Virus record (IMG/VR): IMGVR_UViG_3300012663_000759
Coordinates: 4,772 to 68,771 of that record
Strand: one strand, 5' to 3'
Origin: a virus
DNA: 64,000 nucleotides
In this document: one piece after another, positions 53,512 through 62,683 of the stretch
Layout of the letters: the number at the start of each line of letters is the position of its first letter
How positions within the stretch are numbered: position 1 is the first letter of the stretch
Made by a program: the position numbers and the translations under genes
The notes under the pieces: model-generated
What the model was told of the DNA's origin: nothing
The model's database searches: none
What the model saw: the letters and a program-made list of their open reading frames with translations, nothing else

Positions 53512-56500
53512 TTATTTATTTTCTAACAAGGTAATCAAGCTAGCCATTTTATTTTCAATATCTTCGCTTACAGGTACACAGTTATTAACTCTAACCCCAC
53601 CTTTCATCTTAGTACCTTGCTTTTTATAGCCTTTCCAGCACTTAGGATCTAGGCGTTGCTTTTCTTCAGTTTCGATACTTTCGGCACTGCCACCGACTAG
53701 GTCACCTTGTTTAGCTGGACTATTCTTTTTAGGACCAGTGTTCTTCCACTGCCCTGCAGGACCAAGTTTGTTCTTTTTAGATCCTGCAAAATTACTTGCC
53801 GGCATCATCTTTTCCATCACACCGTTCTGTGCTACTGGTTGGCCAGACGGGGGTCGTTGTGCTGATTGTTGCTTTGCTTGTTGAATTTGTTGTGGCGTTA
53901 AATATTTTGTTAGATATTGCGACCCCTTCATACTCCCATCTGGATTAAAGATTCCGCCTGGAACAAGAGCATTAAGAACTTCAAATCCTGTTATTAATCC
54001 TTTTTCAACTTGGCCCGGAACTTTACGGATCGCCTGGCCAGCCTTTACTACACCCGGAGTAACTGCTTGTACACCTTTTACAACTGCATTACGTGCCACT
54101 TGTGCGCCTTTAAGGGCCGCACCCCCAACCGCTTTTGCGCCAACTGCGGTACCCCGTGCTAATGCACCTGCACCTGCAGCCAATGCTGGTAAAAATTCGT
54201 CAAGTTGGCCCTCCATCTCTGACCTAGTATATACTCGTTGCGGTTTCCCTACACCATTACCTCTTTCTATTTTTTCAGGATTATTGGCTTTTTCTTTTTC
54301 ATAGTACTTACGCATTTCTGCTGAACTTGTTGCAGATTTCTTCTCAGCGGGTTTTTTAGGCGTTGCTAAAAAACTCATTATACTTTCATCTTCAATACTT
54401 TTAGGTTCATCTGTCTTTTTATTTTTATTAGCAACATCTTGCTTGATTTGATCCATGTATTCACGACCACGTTTAGCACTAGCGGAAGACTTCTGTTGCT
54501 CACGTTCCCAAGCACGTTGTAGTTTTACTGCCGCGCTCATTCGAGTAGTTTCGTTTAAGGTAGGTCGAATTAACGCATTGAATATTCGTTCAGCGACTAC
54601 TGGTTGTTGTTTCATAGCTTGTATCCCCATGCCTTTTTTTGTTATATCCATTAAATGTTGAATCCAGTCTGCACCTAGTTTGTTAACATCAAATGCATTT
54701 GACCATACAGCCAACGCTTTTTCTGGCGTATCATTTTTTAGACTATTGCGTAACATTGTTCCGCTAATTCCTGTACCACGAGGCGTGACTCCTAAACTTA
54801 CCTTGACGTGCTCGTATCCCTGAAATTTGTTTACTGCCTTCATTAATGCTTGCGGCATAGGCAAGTCTTTACGATCTTCGCCGACCATAATAACAACATT
54901 GTCATATCTAGGAGGTTTGCCCGGTAACGGATTAATTAATTCGTGTTTAATTTTTTGTATCAGTGAACCATCTTGTTGCACAGTGCTAATATTGTTAGCA
55001 TATTTTGGATACAACTTGTGCCAAGTTTCCACTTTAACTGCTGGAGGAATTGGATCGTCTTTACCTTCTGCATTACCTATGAACAGGTAAGGATCTCCTC
55101 CTAATTCTTTAGCCTTGTTAATTGTATAGTTAAACAATTCTTCGTGACCTTTATGACCAATAAAGCTACCAATTGCTACTACTGCGGTTTTATTTTCGCC
55201 GCGTGGTCGTTCTGTTCGAGCATTTGTTTTAGCATCATTCTTAGCCTGAATAACGTTGCGCTGTTCTTGGCTTGTAACTTTAATAGGGCCTAGACGACTA
55301 TTGATAACAATACCTTCGTAATCTTGTCCTAGCATATCTTTGCCAACGATATTAGGATCCTTAATAATTGCGGCTTCTAATCTTTCTTTGATAGGTAATA
55401 ATTCTTCTTCAACTTCTCTGCGTAATTCTAAACTAGCACGATCTCGTTTTCCAGCAGTATCAGATACAATTTTCTTTAGTGCTTCTATGTTTTCTAATGG
55501 AGGTACGATGGCAGTAACATCTAGTGCCTCGTTTTGTGTCAAGCTATTGTCAATAAACATGACACTACCTTGTTGACCTAAACCAGTAAGTTCTTTTACT
55601 ATGCCATCTGCATCTGGCAAATCTTCTCCAGTAGTAGCATCTACTACTCGAAATGGGACCAGTGCTAATTGTACACCTTTAGGTAGTTCATCGTATGCTA
55701 TACCTACATATTTTAATCTACCATCATCTTGCGGAATAGCAAATGGTAAGAATAATACTTCACAGGTAACTTGTTTATTAATTAAAAAATCTGCACCTAA
55801 TTTACTGTCAACTAATTGAACAGCATTCATCATCTCATTGAATAGATCATCAAACTTTTTAGCTCGTCCGAGGATCTCTGGATCCTGTGTGCCTTTCTTT
55901 TGATGGTAATCTAGAAATCCTGCGGTGTATCTAGGCTCAGTGCGGCTAGTTCCCATGAAAGGTTTACCTTCGGCATTCTTACCAAAGCGTCCTCCAAATC
56001 CGTCTACTTTAACATTTAGTGGGATATTTTGTAATTTGAAATTTCCGTTACCATCATGTAGTTCATCTAATAAATCTAAAAAATCTGCGGGCTTTAGATC
56101 GTGTAAGTGGGGCATTCCTTTGCGTAGTTGAGATTTAACTTCTGCTTCGTTAATTGATTCTGCAACGGGCGCTTTAGCTTTTTGTTTTTCATTAAACTTT
56201 GCCTCGTATTCTATAGCCATTTGGACTGCTTCTTGTCTTAAATTTTTAGCATCAGGTAATTTAAGATGCTCAATCATCCAATCAATTGCGGCAAATTTTG
56301 TATCTCTATCTCTAATAGGATCTCCGGCAGTAATCATTTGTGCCTGAGGAGAAAACAATATATTAAGGAATGCTCTAGCAACTGATTCATTTTGTTCTGA
56401 GCTTAATGCGCTATTCATTAGTTGAACAGTACCTACAAAACTATTTTGTAGTTTTATATCTTTTGCAGTTCGTTTTCTTCCGTAGAAGTGTTGAAATTGC

Positions 56501-57384
56501 TGATCTAAATTTTGTATATAATCTCTTTGTGCAGGATCAAGTAATTGCATAACAGGTATGCCATCTTGTTCCATCGGTTGCCCAGTTTCTGGATCAATAT
56601 ACGGTTTGTACTTTAGACTTAACCCTCCGCCTTGACCACCTGCTACTGCAAAACTATAGTCGCTATCTGTAGTAGGCTCTGGATTAATTTTTACACCCTT
56701 CTTTAATACACGAGCAACATACTTGGTACTTTCTTGTGCATGTGTTAGGGCACGATTAATATATTTGTGGAAAACTCCCTTGATGCCTTGTTCCATATCT
56801 GCAAGATCGGAACTATGACTATACGCAAACCATTCTGTTGGTCGCGCAGGCTCTTTACCTTGTGCCGCTTGATATGGGCCAAGTTCGTAATCAACTTGTA
56901 TTTTAACTGGAGGATCCTGTAACTGCCATAACGCAGATAGTGATGAATTGAATCCTACAAAAGTACCATTGCCAATTTGTTTTCCAACAACAGATTTTAG
57001 CCAAGCCGTAAGCTCATCGCCTATATCTTGGTCAACTTGTGTGTCAATGTCGCCTACTTTAGTTTTTTTCAGTTTGTTTAGAAAGTCTTGTGTGCTAACA
57101 CCTTTTACATCAAAAAATGTTAAACTGCTTCCACTAAACATTTGATTAGAATCTAATATCTTTGGATCCCAGATGACACGACCATATGTAGCGGCAAACG
57201 ATTCATTTTGTGCCTTTAGCAATTCTCGAATTTGGTCAACCATATAATCGCGATCGTGCAACTTTAGATCAATTTCTTCTGCTTTATGGTCGCCCGGCAT
57301 ACCTTGCCAGCCGGGACTTTGACTAGAAACATTGCCGCCTTCAACTACAAGTTTCTTAGGCCTAAAAAGTTCATTTAAGATCAT
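53512..57384 (-). CDS. 1290-aa multidomain protein: Pol-beta-like NTase + ligase-like NTase + HxGH cytidylyltransferase-like domain + low-complexity tail
   Basis: FSGSS...GDIDTQVD; NVKVDG...EGIV...PIK; AVVAIGSFIGHKGH...VIMVGEDR...ISGTMLR. Confidence 0.6.
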   Translation of the reverse strand: MILNELFRPKKLVVEGGNVSSQSPGWQGMPGDHKAEEIDLKLHDRDYMVDQIRELLKAQNESFAATYGRVIWDPKILDSNQMFSGSSLTFFDVKGVSTQDFLNKLKKTKVGDIDTQVDQDIGDELTAWLKSVVGKQIGNGTFVGFNSSLSALWQLQDPPVKIQVDYELGPYQAAQGKEPARPTEWFAYSHSSDLADMEQGIKGVFHKYINRALTHAQESTKYVARVLKKGVKINPEPTTDSDYSFAVAGGQGGGLSLKYKPYIDPETGQPMEQDGIPVMQLLDPAQRDYIQNLDQQFQHFYGRKRTAKDIKLQNSFVGTVQLMNSALSSEQNESVARAFLNILFSPQAQMITAGDPIRDRDTKFAAIDWMIEHLKLPDAKNLRQEAVQMAIEYEAKFNEKQKAKAPVAESINEAEVKSQLRKGMPHLHDLKPADFLDLLDELHDGNGNFKLQNIPLNVKVDGFGGRFGKNAEGKPFMGTSRTEPRYTAGFLDYHQKKGTQDPEILGRAKKFDDLFNEMMNAVQLVDSKLGADFLINKQVTCEVLFLPFAIPQDDGRLKYVGIAYDELPKGVQLALVPFRVVDATTGEDLPDADGIVKELTGLGQQGSVMFIDNSLTQNEALDVTAIVPPLENIEALKKIVSDTAGKRDRASLELRREVEEELLPIKERLEAAIIKDPNIVGKDMLGQDYEGIVINSRLGPIKVTSQEQRNVIQAKNDAKTNARTERPRGENKTAVVAIGSFIGHKGHEELFNYTINKAKELGGDPYLFIGNAEGKDDPIPPAVKVETWHKLYPKYANNISTVQQDGSLIQKIKHELINPLPGKPPRYDNVVIMVGEDRKDLPMPQALMKAVNKFQGYEHVKVSLGVTPRGTGISGTMLRNSLKNDTPEKALAVWSNAFDVNKLGADWIQHLMDITKKGMGIQAMKQQPVVAERIFNALIRPTLNETTRMSAAVKLQRAWEREQQKSSASAKRGREYMDQIKQDVANKNKKTDEPKSIEDESIMSFLATPKKPAEKKSATSSAEMRKYYEKEKANNPEKIERGNGVGKPQRVYTRSEMEGQLDEFLPALAAGAGALARGTAVGAKAVGGAALKGAQVARNAVVKGVQAVTPGVVKAGQAIRKVPGQVEKGLITGFEVLNALVPGGIFNPDGSMKGSQYLTKYLTPQQIQQAKQQSAQRPPSGQPVAQNGVMEKMMPASNFAGSKKNKLGPAGQWKNTGPKKNSPAKQGDLVGGSAESIETEEKQRLDPKCWKGYKKQGTKMKGGVRVNNCVPVSEDIENKMASLITLLENK
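53513..53518 (-). promoter_or_regulatory. Late-promoter-like TAAATA upstream of dps
   Basis: At the gene junction upstream of dps. Confidence 0.45.
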
Positions 57385-57782
57385 TTCTTATGGGCCCTTA
57401 CGCTGTATGCATCATCCTTAAATTCTTCAATAAATTTATCAGATAAACTTTTACAAATACCAGTTTTAGTTGAGTCATCAAATAATTCTTTAGGATCTTT
57501 CTTTAACTTATGCTTTGAATAAAATTCTTTGCATCCTTTGTTAACCATAGGCATCCACATTTTAGTAAATCGATCTTTATTAAAGGTAGGAGATGTAATT
57601 TGATCCTTCATTGAGTTTACAAACGGAAGAACGTATTCTTTATGTAATCTATCGTTGTCAAGAATAAACCAGAATAGTTCGTCGGCCATTTTTTGCTTTT
57701 CTTCTTGAGAAATGCCTATAACGCTAGGGTTTTCTTTTTCTTTTTTATTAACGGGGATATTAAAAAATTCGTATAATTTCAT
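57381..57782 (-). CDS. Hypothetical protein, possible internal head protein
   Basis: Likely start MKLYEFF at 57782, downstream of a structured leader and TAAATA. Confidence 0.65.
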   Translation of the reverse strand: MKLYEFFNIPVNKKEKENPSVIGISQEEKQKMADELFWFILDNDRLHKEYVLPFVNSMKDQITSPTFNKDRFTKMWMPMVNKGCKEFYSKHKLKKDPKELFDDSTKTGICKSLSDKFIEEFKDDAYSVRAHKK

Positions 57783-57798
57783 AGTTTTTACCAAGCTT

Positions 57799-57850
57799 CA
57801 TAGGATAATAGCTTTTACAGCCGTGGGTCTTCTGCAAAATACCCTCTATG
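57799..57850 (-). other. Structured 5' leader (long hairpin or H-type pseudoknot)
   Basis: Complementary pairs UUUUGCAG/CUGUAAAA, CAUAG/CUAUG and GGGU/ACCC lie just downstream of TAAATA (57854-57859). Confidence 0.45.
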
Positions 57851-57874
57851 GAATATTTATGCAGTTTTAACCAA

Positions 57875-58288
57875 TCAGTGATTATAGCTAATTGCTAGAA
57901 CGCTAGTAGTAGGTATGTTTTGAAGTCGAATAACTCTAGATCTAACCCATACAAAATTACCTGTAAAATTGATATAATTTGTAGTTGTTGAGTTAGTGAG
58001 TTGACTATATGTGAGTGATGTGTTTGCCACATCGAACCAATCACCAGCCGTTGGCTGAGTAGCTAGGCTCGCCTGCATTGAAATGATACCGTCAAAATAC
58101 GGTGCTACAGAATATGTAACAGTGTGCAGACCATCTCCAAATCCAAAATAACCGTCGCCCTTTTCTGGTTTACTATAGAATGTTGCTCCCCCGTCGGGCG
58201 ATATTGCATTTCCAGGAATAGACACACTTGTAGCGGTAGTTGTTCCGGTACCTATAGCAAAAAGAAATTGTTGACTTAAATTGGACAT
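57875..58288 (-). CDS. Hypothetical all-beta protein, possibly structural
   Basis: 137 aa; GIISMQASL..P...DWFDV...NFTGNFVWVR; TAAATA 4 nt upstream of the start. Confidence 0.65.
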   Translation of the reverse strand: MSNLSQQFLFAIGTGTTTATSVSIPGNAISPDGGATFYSKPEKGDGYFGFGDGLHTVTYSVAPYFDGIISMQASLATQPTAGDWFDVANTSLTYSQLTNSTTTNYINFTGNFVWVRSRVIRLQNIPTTSVLAISYNH

Positions 58289-58959
58289 TACGTATTTATG
58301 TTAGTTCTTGGAATAAATTCTTCGATCCGTTTGATGTTTTCGCCTAGATACAAACTAACCATGCTTAGATCGCTGTGTTTTTCAAGATATAAAAACGGAT
58401 CTTGCGTATATCCTCTAACACCAGTTAACCATTTTACAGTAGTTTTAGATATATCAAATTTGTCAGTATAACGATTAGTCCACTCGTAAAACTTTTGACG
58501 GCTATCAATCTTCATTCTTTCTCGAATATAAATTCGATATCTAAATTTTCCTTTGGGTAACTCGTTGCATATTATCTTTTTTGCTGTGTTGTTTACTAAG
58601 AATTCGTATTCTTCGTCACTACCCGGTTCAGTAATACGCTGTATCCAAGGAGTTAGCTCTTTAATAACGTTGTCTGCATAAGTTTTATCTTTAATAAAGA
58701 TATTAAAGTGTGCGCCTTCTACTCTTATTCGAGTATCCTCAGTATTCATAAACGGTGCAACTTTTTTAACAAACTTTTCTATGTCAGCCTTGTCAGCACC
58801 CTTCCATATCCAGTTATCTGTGCCAGATCCGGAAAGCCAACTAGTAGTTCTTAAAAGGCCTAGCCTAGCAATGTTGCTAGAACCTTTTAAGTAACACTCA
58901 ATTTTATATGGCCATTTTCCGTAAAATAACTTACGTGTTTTCAGTCTCAGAATTGACAT
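58288..58959 (-). CDS. Hypothetical protein
   Basis: 223-aa basic ORF overlapping the end of clpA. Confidence 0.65.
   Translation of the reverse strand: MSILRLKTRKLFYGKWPYKIECYLKGSSNIARLGLLRTTSWLSGSGTDNWIWKGADKADIEKFVKKVAPFMNTEDTRIRVEGAHFNIFIKDKTYADNVIKELTPWIQRITEPGSDEEYEFLVNNTAKKIICNELPKGKFRYRIYIRERMKIDSRQKFYEWTNRYTDKFDISKTTVKWLTGVRGYTQDPFLYLEKHSDLSMVSLYLGENIKRIEEFIPRTNINT
58293..58298 (-). promoter_or_regulatory. Late-promoter-like TAAATA
   Basis: 4 nt before the ATG at 58288. Confidence 0.5.
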
Positions 58960-61207
58960 CAGATGCTTCTTTTGTAACTGGTAATATTTCGATAAATTTA
59001 AGATTTAGTTCGTCGTTGCCTACTGTAATTTCTACAACTCCGCCATTGGTTAAATTGCCAAACAGGATTTCTTTACTCAACGGCTTTTTAATCATATCGT
59101 CGATAGCACGTTGCAATGGCCTTGCGCCCATTTTAGAATCAAATCCTTTTTTAATTAGAAACTCTACAGCATCGGCGTCTGGTTTAACATGCACATTTCG
59201 ATCTTTCAGTAAACCGTTAAGCTCGTCAACAAACTTCTTAACAATAAGGATCATAGTCTTATGATCTAACTTACCAAATTTGATAATGCCGTCTAAACGA
59301 TTACGGAATTCTGGTGCAAAAAATTTATTAATTGCATCTTTTGGATCCCCGTCTCTTTCTAAGCTACCGAATCCTACACTATTTTTATCAGCATCGGCAG
59401 CACCTAGGTTGCTGGTCATAATAACAATCATATTACGGCCGTCTGCCTTTTTGCCATTTGATCCCGTTACAAATCCGTTGTCCATTAATTGTAGCAATAC
59501 TGTAAGTACACTAGGATGTGCTTTTTCAACTTCATCTAATAGTAAAACACCGTTAGGGTTTTCTTGAATTTTTGTAATTAGTTGCCCAGCATTATCGTCA
59601 AATCCAATGTATCCGGGAGGTGCGCCAATAAATTTTGCAACACTATGTTGTTCTTGATATTCACTCATATCAAATCGAATTAATTGAACACCCATATTAG
59701 CGGCAAGTTGTTTAGCAACTTCTGTTTTGCCTACGCCAGTTGGGCCAACAAATAAGAAGTTACCAATAGGGCGAGATAAACTCTTCAATCCTGCTTGTGC
59801 AATAAAAATCTTATCTAACAATAGTTCAATGGCTTTTTCTTGACCATACACTTTAGATCTTAAGTTTTTATCGAGGTCTTTTAGATTTTTACTTTCTTTT
59901 GAAGCAATTTGATCTAATGGCAGTCCTGAAATTTTACTAACTTCAAATACAATTTCGTCGTGATCAACTACACCATTCTCTTCGTCTCTAATCTTAAAAC
60001 GAGCACACGCACAATCAATTAGATCAAGAGCTTTATCGGGTAATTTTTTATCGCTCATATACTTAACTGAATACTTGACTGCGTCTACAACTGCTTGTTT
60101 AGTAATCTTGCAACTATGATGCTTTTCGTAATATTTTTTAACGCCCATTAAGATCTTAATAGCGGTTGCTTCATCTGGCTCATTAATAACAACACGTTGG
60201 AATCGACGCATCAATGCACGATCTTTTTCAAAATATTTACGGAACTCTTCCCATGTAGTAGATGCAATAACTTTAATAGTACCTTTGCCCAATGCCGGTT
60301 TCAGCATGTTAGACATATCATTACTACCCCCGCCCACTGCACCGGCACCACTCATCATATGTGCTTCGTCAATAAACAAAATGCAGTTTTTCTTTTTCTC
60401 AAGTGCGTTAATTACTAGTTTAAGCCGCTCTTCAAAATCACCTCGGTATTTAGATCCTGCAAGCATTCCGCTAATGTCTAAACTATACACAATATGATCT
60501 TTGATAAATTTAGGAACAGTACCGTCTTCGATACGACGAGCAATGCCTTCTGCAATAGCAGTCTTACCTACACCGGGATCACCGATTAGCATAACATTGG
60601 CTTTGGTTCTACGGGCTAACACTAATGTAATTTCTTCAATTTCTTTCTCTCTGCCAATGACAGGATCGACCTTTTTTGCTTTTACTTTTGCGGTAATATT
60701 TGTGCAATATTGAATGATTAGTTTTTCTAAATGACGTTGATTGGCTTCTTCAACTTCGTTCTCGTCAATTACAGATCCGTCGTTATTCAGGAAGTCAATA
60801 AACTTATCTTTTTCAATTTTTGCTTTCTTCATAAAGTAAAGTGCGTGACTTTTCTTTTCACTGAATATGCTTAAAAAGCAATCAAGTGGCTCAATCTTAT
60901 TTCGGCCGCTAAACAATACCTGAGTAAATGCTCTGTTTAACATTCTCTCCATGGCATGTGTTTTTTTAGGTTTTTCATCAGCGGTATCGCTAACAATTTC
61001 AGCTAAGGATGTTTTGATAAAAGCACTAACTTCTTTTTTTAGATCTTTTACATCTGCTCCGTAATTTGTTAGTAACTCTGCAAATTTTTCATCGTCTAAT
61101 AGACTGCATAAAAAATGTTCGATAGTTAAAAATTCGTGCTTGTAGCCACCTGCTAATAAGACAGCTCGTTCAAAGATTTCCGCTAAACTTTTATCTGGTT
61201 CCAACAT
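58931..61207 (-). CDS. clpA: ATP-dependent Clp protease ATP-binding subunit, ClpA-like
   Basis: N-domain HEFLTIEH; AAA1 GDPGVGKT / ILFIDEAH; AAA2 GPTGVGKT / RFDMSEY / LLLDEVEKAH; VGF ClpP-docking loop; GARPL; no long ClpB middle domain. Confidence 0.93.
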   Translation of the reverse strand: MLEPDKSLAEIFERAVLLAGGYKHEFLTIEHFLCSLLDDEKFAELLTNYGADVKDLKKEVSAFIKTSLAEIVSDTADEKPKKTHAMERMLNRAFTQVLFSGRNKIEPLDCFLSIFSEKKSHALYFMKKAKIEKDKFIDFLNNDGSVIDENEVEEANQRHLEKLIIQYCTNITAKVKAKKVDPVIGREKEIEEITLVLARRTKANVMLIGDPGVGKTAIAEGIARRIEDGTVPKFIKDHIVYSLDISGMLAGSKYRGDFEERLKLVINALEKKKNCILFIDEAHMMSGAGAVGGGSNDMSNMLKPALGKGTIKVIASTTWEEFRKYFEKDRALMRRFQRVVINEPDEATAIKILMGVKKYYEKHHSCKITKQAVVDAVKYSVKYMSDKKLPDKALDLIDCACARFKIRDEENGVVDHDEIVFEVSKISGLPLDQIASKESKNLKDLDKNLRSKVYGQEKAIELLLDKIFIAQAGLKSLSRPIGNFLFVGPTGVGKTEVAKQLAANMGVQLIRFDMSEYQEQHSVAKFIGAPPGYIGFDDNAGQLITKIQENPNGVLLLDEVEKAHPSVLTVLLQLMDNGFVTGSNGKKADGRNMIVIMTSNLGAADADKNSVGFGSLERDGDPKDAINKFFAPEFRNRLDGIIKFGKLDHKTMILIVKKFVDELNGLLKDRNVHVKPDADAVEFLIKKGFDSKMGARPLQRAIDDMIKKPLSKEILFGNLTNGGVVEITVGNDELNLKFIEILPVTKEASDVNSETENT

Positions 61208-61797
61208 TAAAATTTTCCTTTTTGTTTTTTTGCTTTTTTAACAGCCATATTCCATTTAAGAGAACTAACTCTATCCTTGAATACAACACCATTAAGATGA
61301 TCTAGTTCGTGAAGGAAACATTTAGCGGTAATGCCTTCAACTTCGGCCTTAAGCATTTCTCCACTGCTATTTTGCCACATAACTCTTATTTTATTTGGTC
61401 GTTTAACTTTTGTATAGATTCCGGGAAAGCTAAGGCATCCTTCGTCGTCAGTTACTAGATCGTCTGCTTCGACTACAATTGGATTAAAGAACCCGCTTGC
61501 ATTTTCTGAATTTCCCATCACAAACATTCTTGTTCTTATACCTACTTGGTTAGCAGATAATCCCATGCCCCTATGTGTTAGCATAGTCCTTATCATATCT
61601 GCTTCTAATTGTTTAGCGTCATATATTGGGTTTTCAAAATCAAAGTCTGGCATTACCTCGCTTAATATGGCTTCTGGATATCTAAGAATAAGTAGCGGCA
61701 TCTGCTCATTACTCTCAGTTTGTACGGTTTTGTTAATTAATTCAGTAGTACTTTCAGGTGTAGCCTGAATTCCTGTTGACGAAATTAGTGTGTTCAT
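61207..61797 (-). CDS. def: Peptide deformylase
   Basis: [13 protein letters not shown] and HELDH motifs. Confidence 0.95.
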   Translation of the reverse strand: MNTLISSTGIQATPESTTELINKTVQTESNEQMPLLILRYPEAILSEVMPDFDFENPIYDAKQLEADMIRTMLTHRGMGLSANQVGIRTRMFVMGNSENASGFFNPIVVEADDLVTDDEGCLSFPGIYTKVKRPNKIRVMWQNSSGEMLKAEVEGITAKCFLHELDHLNGVVFKDRVSSLKWNMAVKKAKKQKGKF

Positions 61798-62624
61798 AAT
61801 GTGTTAAATTTTGATAGTAATTCTTTTTGTGCGTCTGATAATGCACCCGGTATAGTAATTCTAACAGGCATTAACAGTCTTCCTCTAAACCTAGCATCGT
61901 TCATGTTAGGCATTCCATAACCCGATGCGTTCAAAGTTTGTCCGTGTTGTATACCAGGTGAAATTGCTACTTCTAACGTTTTACCGTCAATTGTAGTAAC
62001 GTTTACTTTCGATCCTAGCATTGCATCGATACAACTTACTTCTATTTCTTTTATTAAGTCATCGCCTTGACGCACAAATGCATGATGTGAAGAAATATGT
62101 ACAGTAAGATGTATGTCACCTCTTGGAAGATGGGGGATTGAATCGTCACCTAAACCGGATACTCGAAGAACTGTTCCGTCATTAATACCGGGAGGTATTT
62201 TAATGTTGACCATTTGTGCCCTACCAGTCGGTAGTGTAACGTTAAAAACAATTTCTTTTCCGTAGAACGCTTCATCTAAACTAATTTCAGTTTGAAGATT
62301 GATTGTTCTATTTCTTTGAGGTTGTTGCTGTCTTGAAAATGGATCGAATGGATTGCCGCCACCAAAGAAATGAGTAAAAATATCATTTACATTTCCAGGA
62401 TGACCGCCTTGGAAAAAGAATTCTTCTCGTTGTGGATTATCGTATTGTTGTCGTTTTTCAGGATCCGAAAGAGTGCTATAAGCCCCTTGGACTTCTTTGA
62501 ATTTTTCTGCATTACCCCCACGATCTGGATGATGCTCGGCCGCCAGTTTTCTGTAGGCCTTTTTTATGTCTTCTTGCGATGCATTTCGTGCAACGCCTAA
62601 TGTTTGGTAAAAATCTGTGCTCAT
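61794..62624 (-). CDS. DnaJ-class co-chaperone (class B/CbpA-like, no zinc finger)
   Basis: J-domain with HPD, a G/F-rich linker and two C-terminal DnaJ domains; no CxxCxGxG repeats. Confidence 0.92.
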   Translation of the reverse strand: MSTDFYQTLGVARNASQEDIKKAYRKLAAEHHPDRGGNAEKFKEVQGAYSTLSDPEKRQQYDNPQREEFFFQGGHPGNVNDIFTHFFGGGNPFDPFSRQQQPQRNRTINLQTEISLDEAFYGKEIVFNVTLPTGRAQMVNIKIPPGINDGTVLRVSGLGDDSIPHLPRGDIHLTVHISSHHAFVRQGDDLIKEIEVSCIDAMLGSKVNVTTIDGKTLEVAISPGIQHGQTLNASGYGMPNMNDARFRGRLLMPVRITIPGALSDAQKELLSKFNTL

Positions 62625-62630
62625 AAGTTG

Positions 62631-62679
62631 AAAAAGGTATAGTACTTATTATAATACTATACCCCTCTACAGAAGTCAA
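62631..62679 (-). promoter_or_regulatory. Sigma70 promoter for dnaJ-def-clpA, overlapped by a terminator-like inverted repeat
   Basis: TTGACT-N17-TATTAT; GGTATAGTA-N10-TACTATACC followed by TTTTT on the minus strand. Confidence 0.65.
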
Positions 62680-62683
62680 GACT

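Noticed and set aside
62636-62663. CIRCE element upstream of dnaJ
   Set aside because: The arm sequence and spacer differ from TTAGCACTC-N9-GAGTGCTAA; kept only as an unassigned inverted repeat or terminator.
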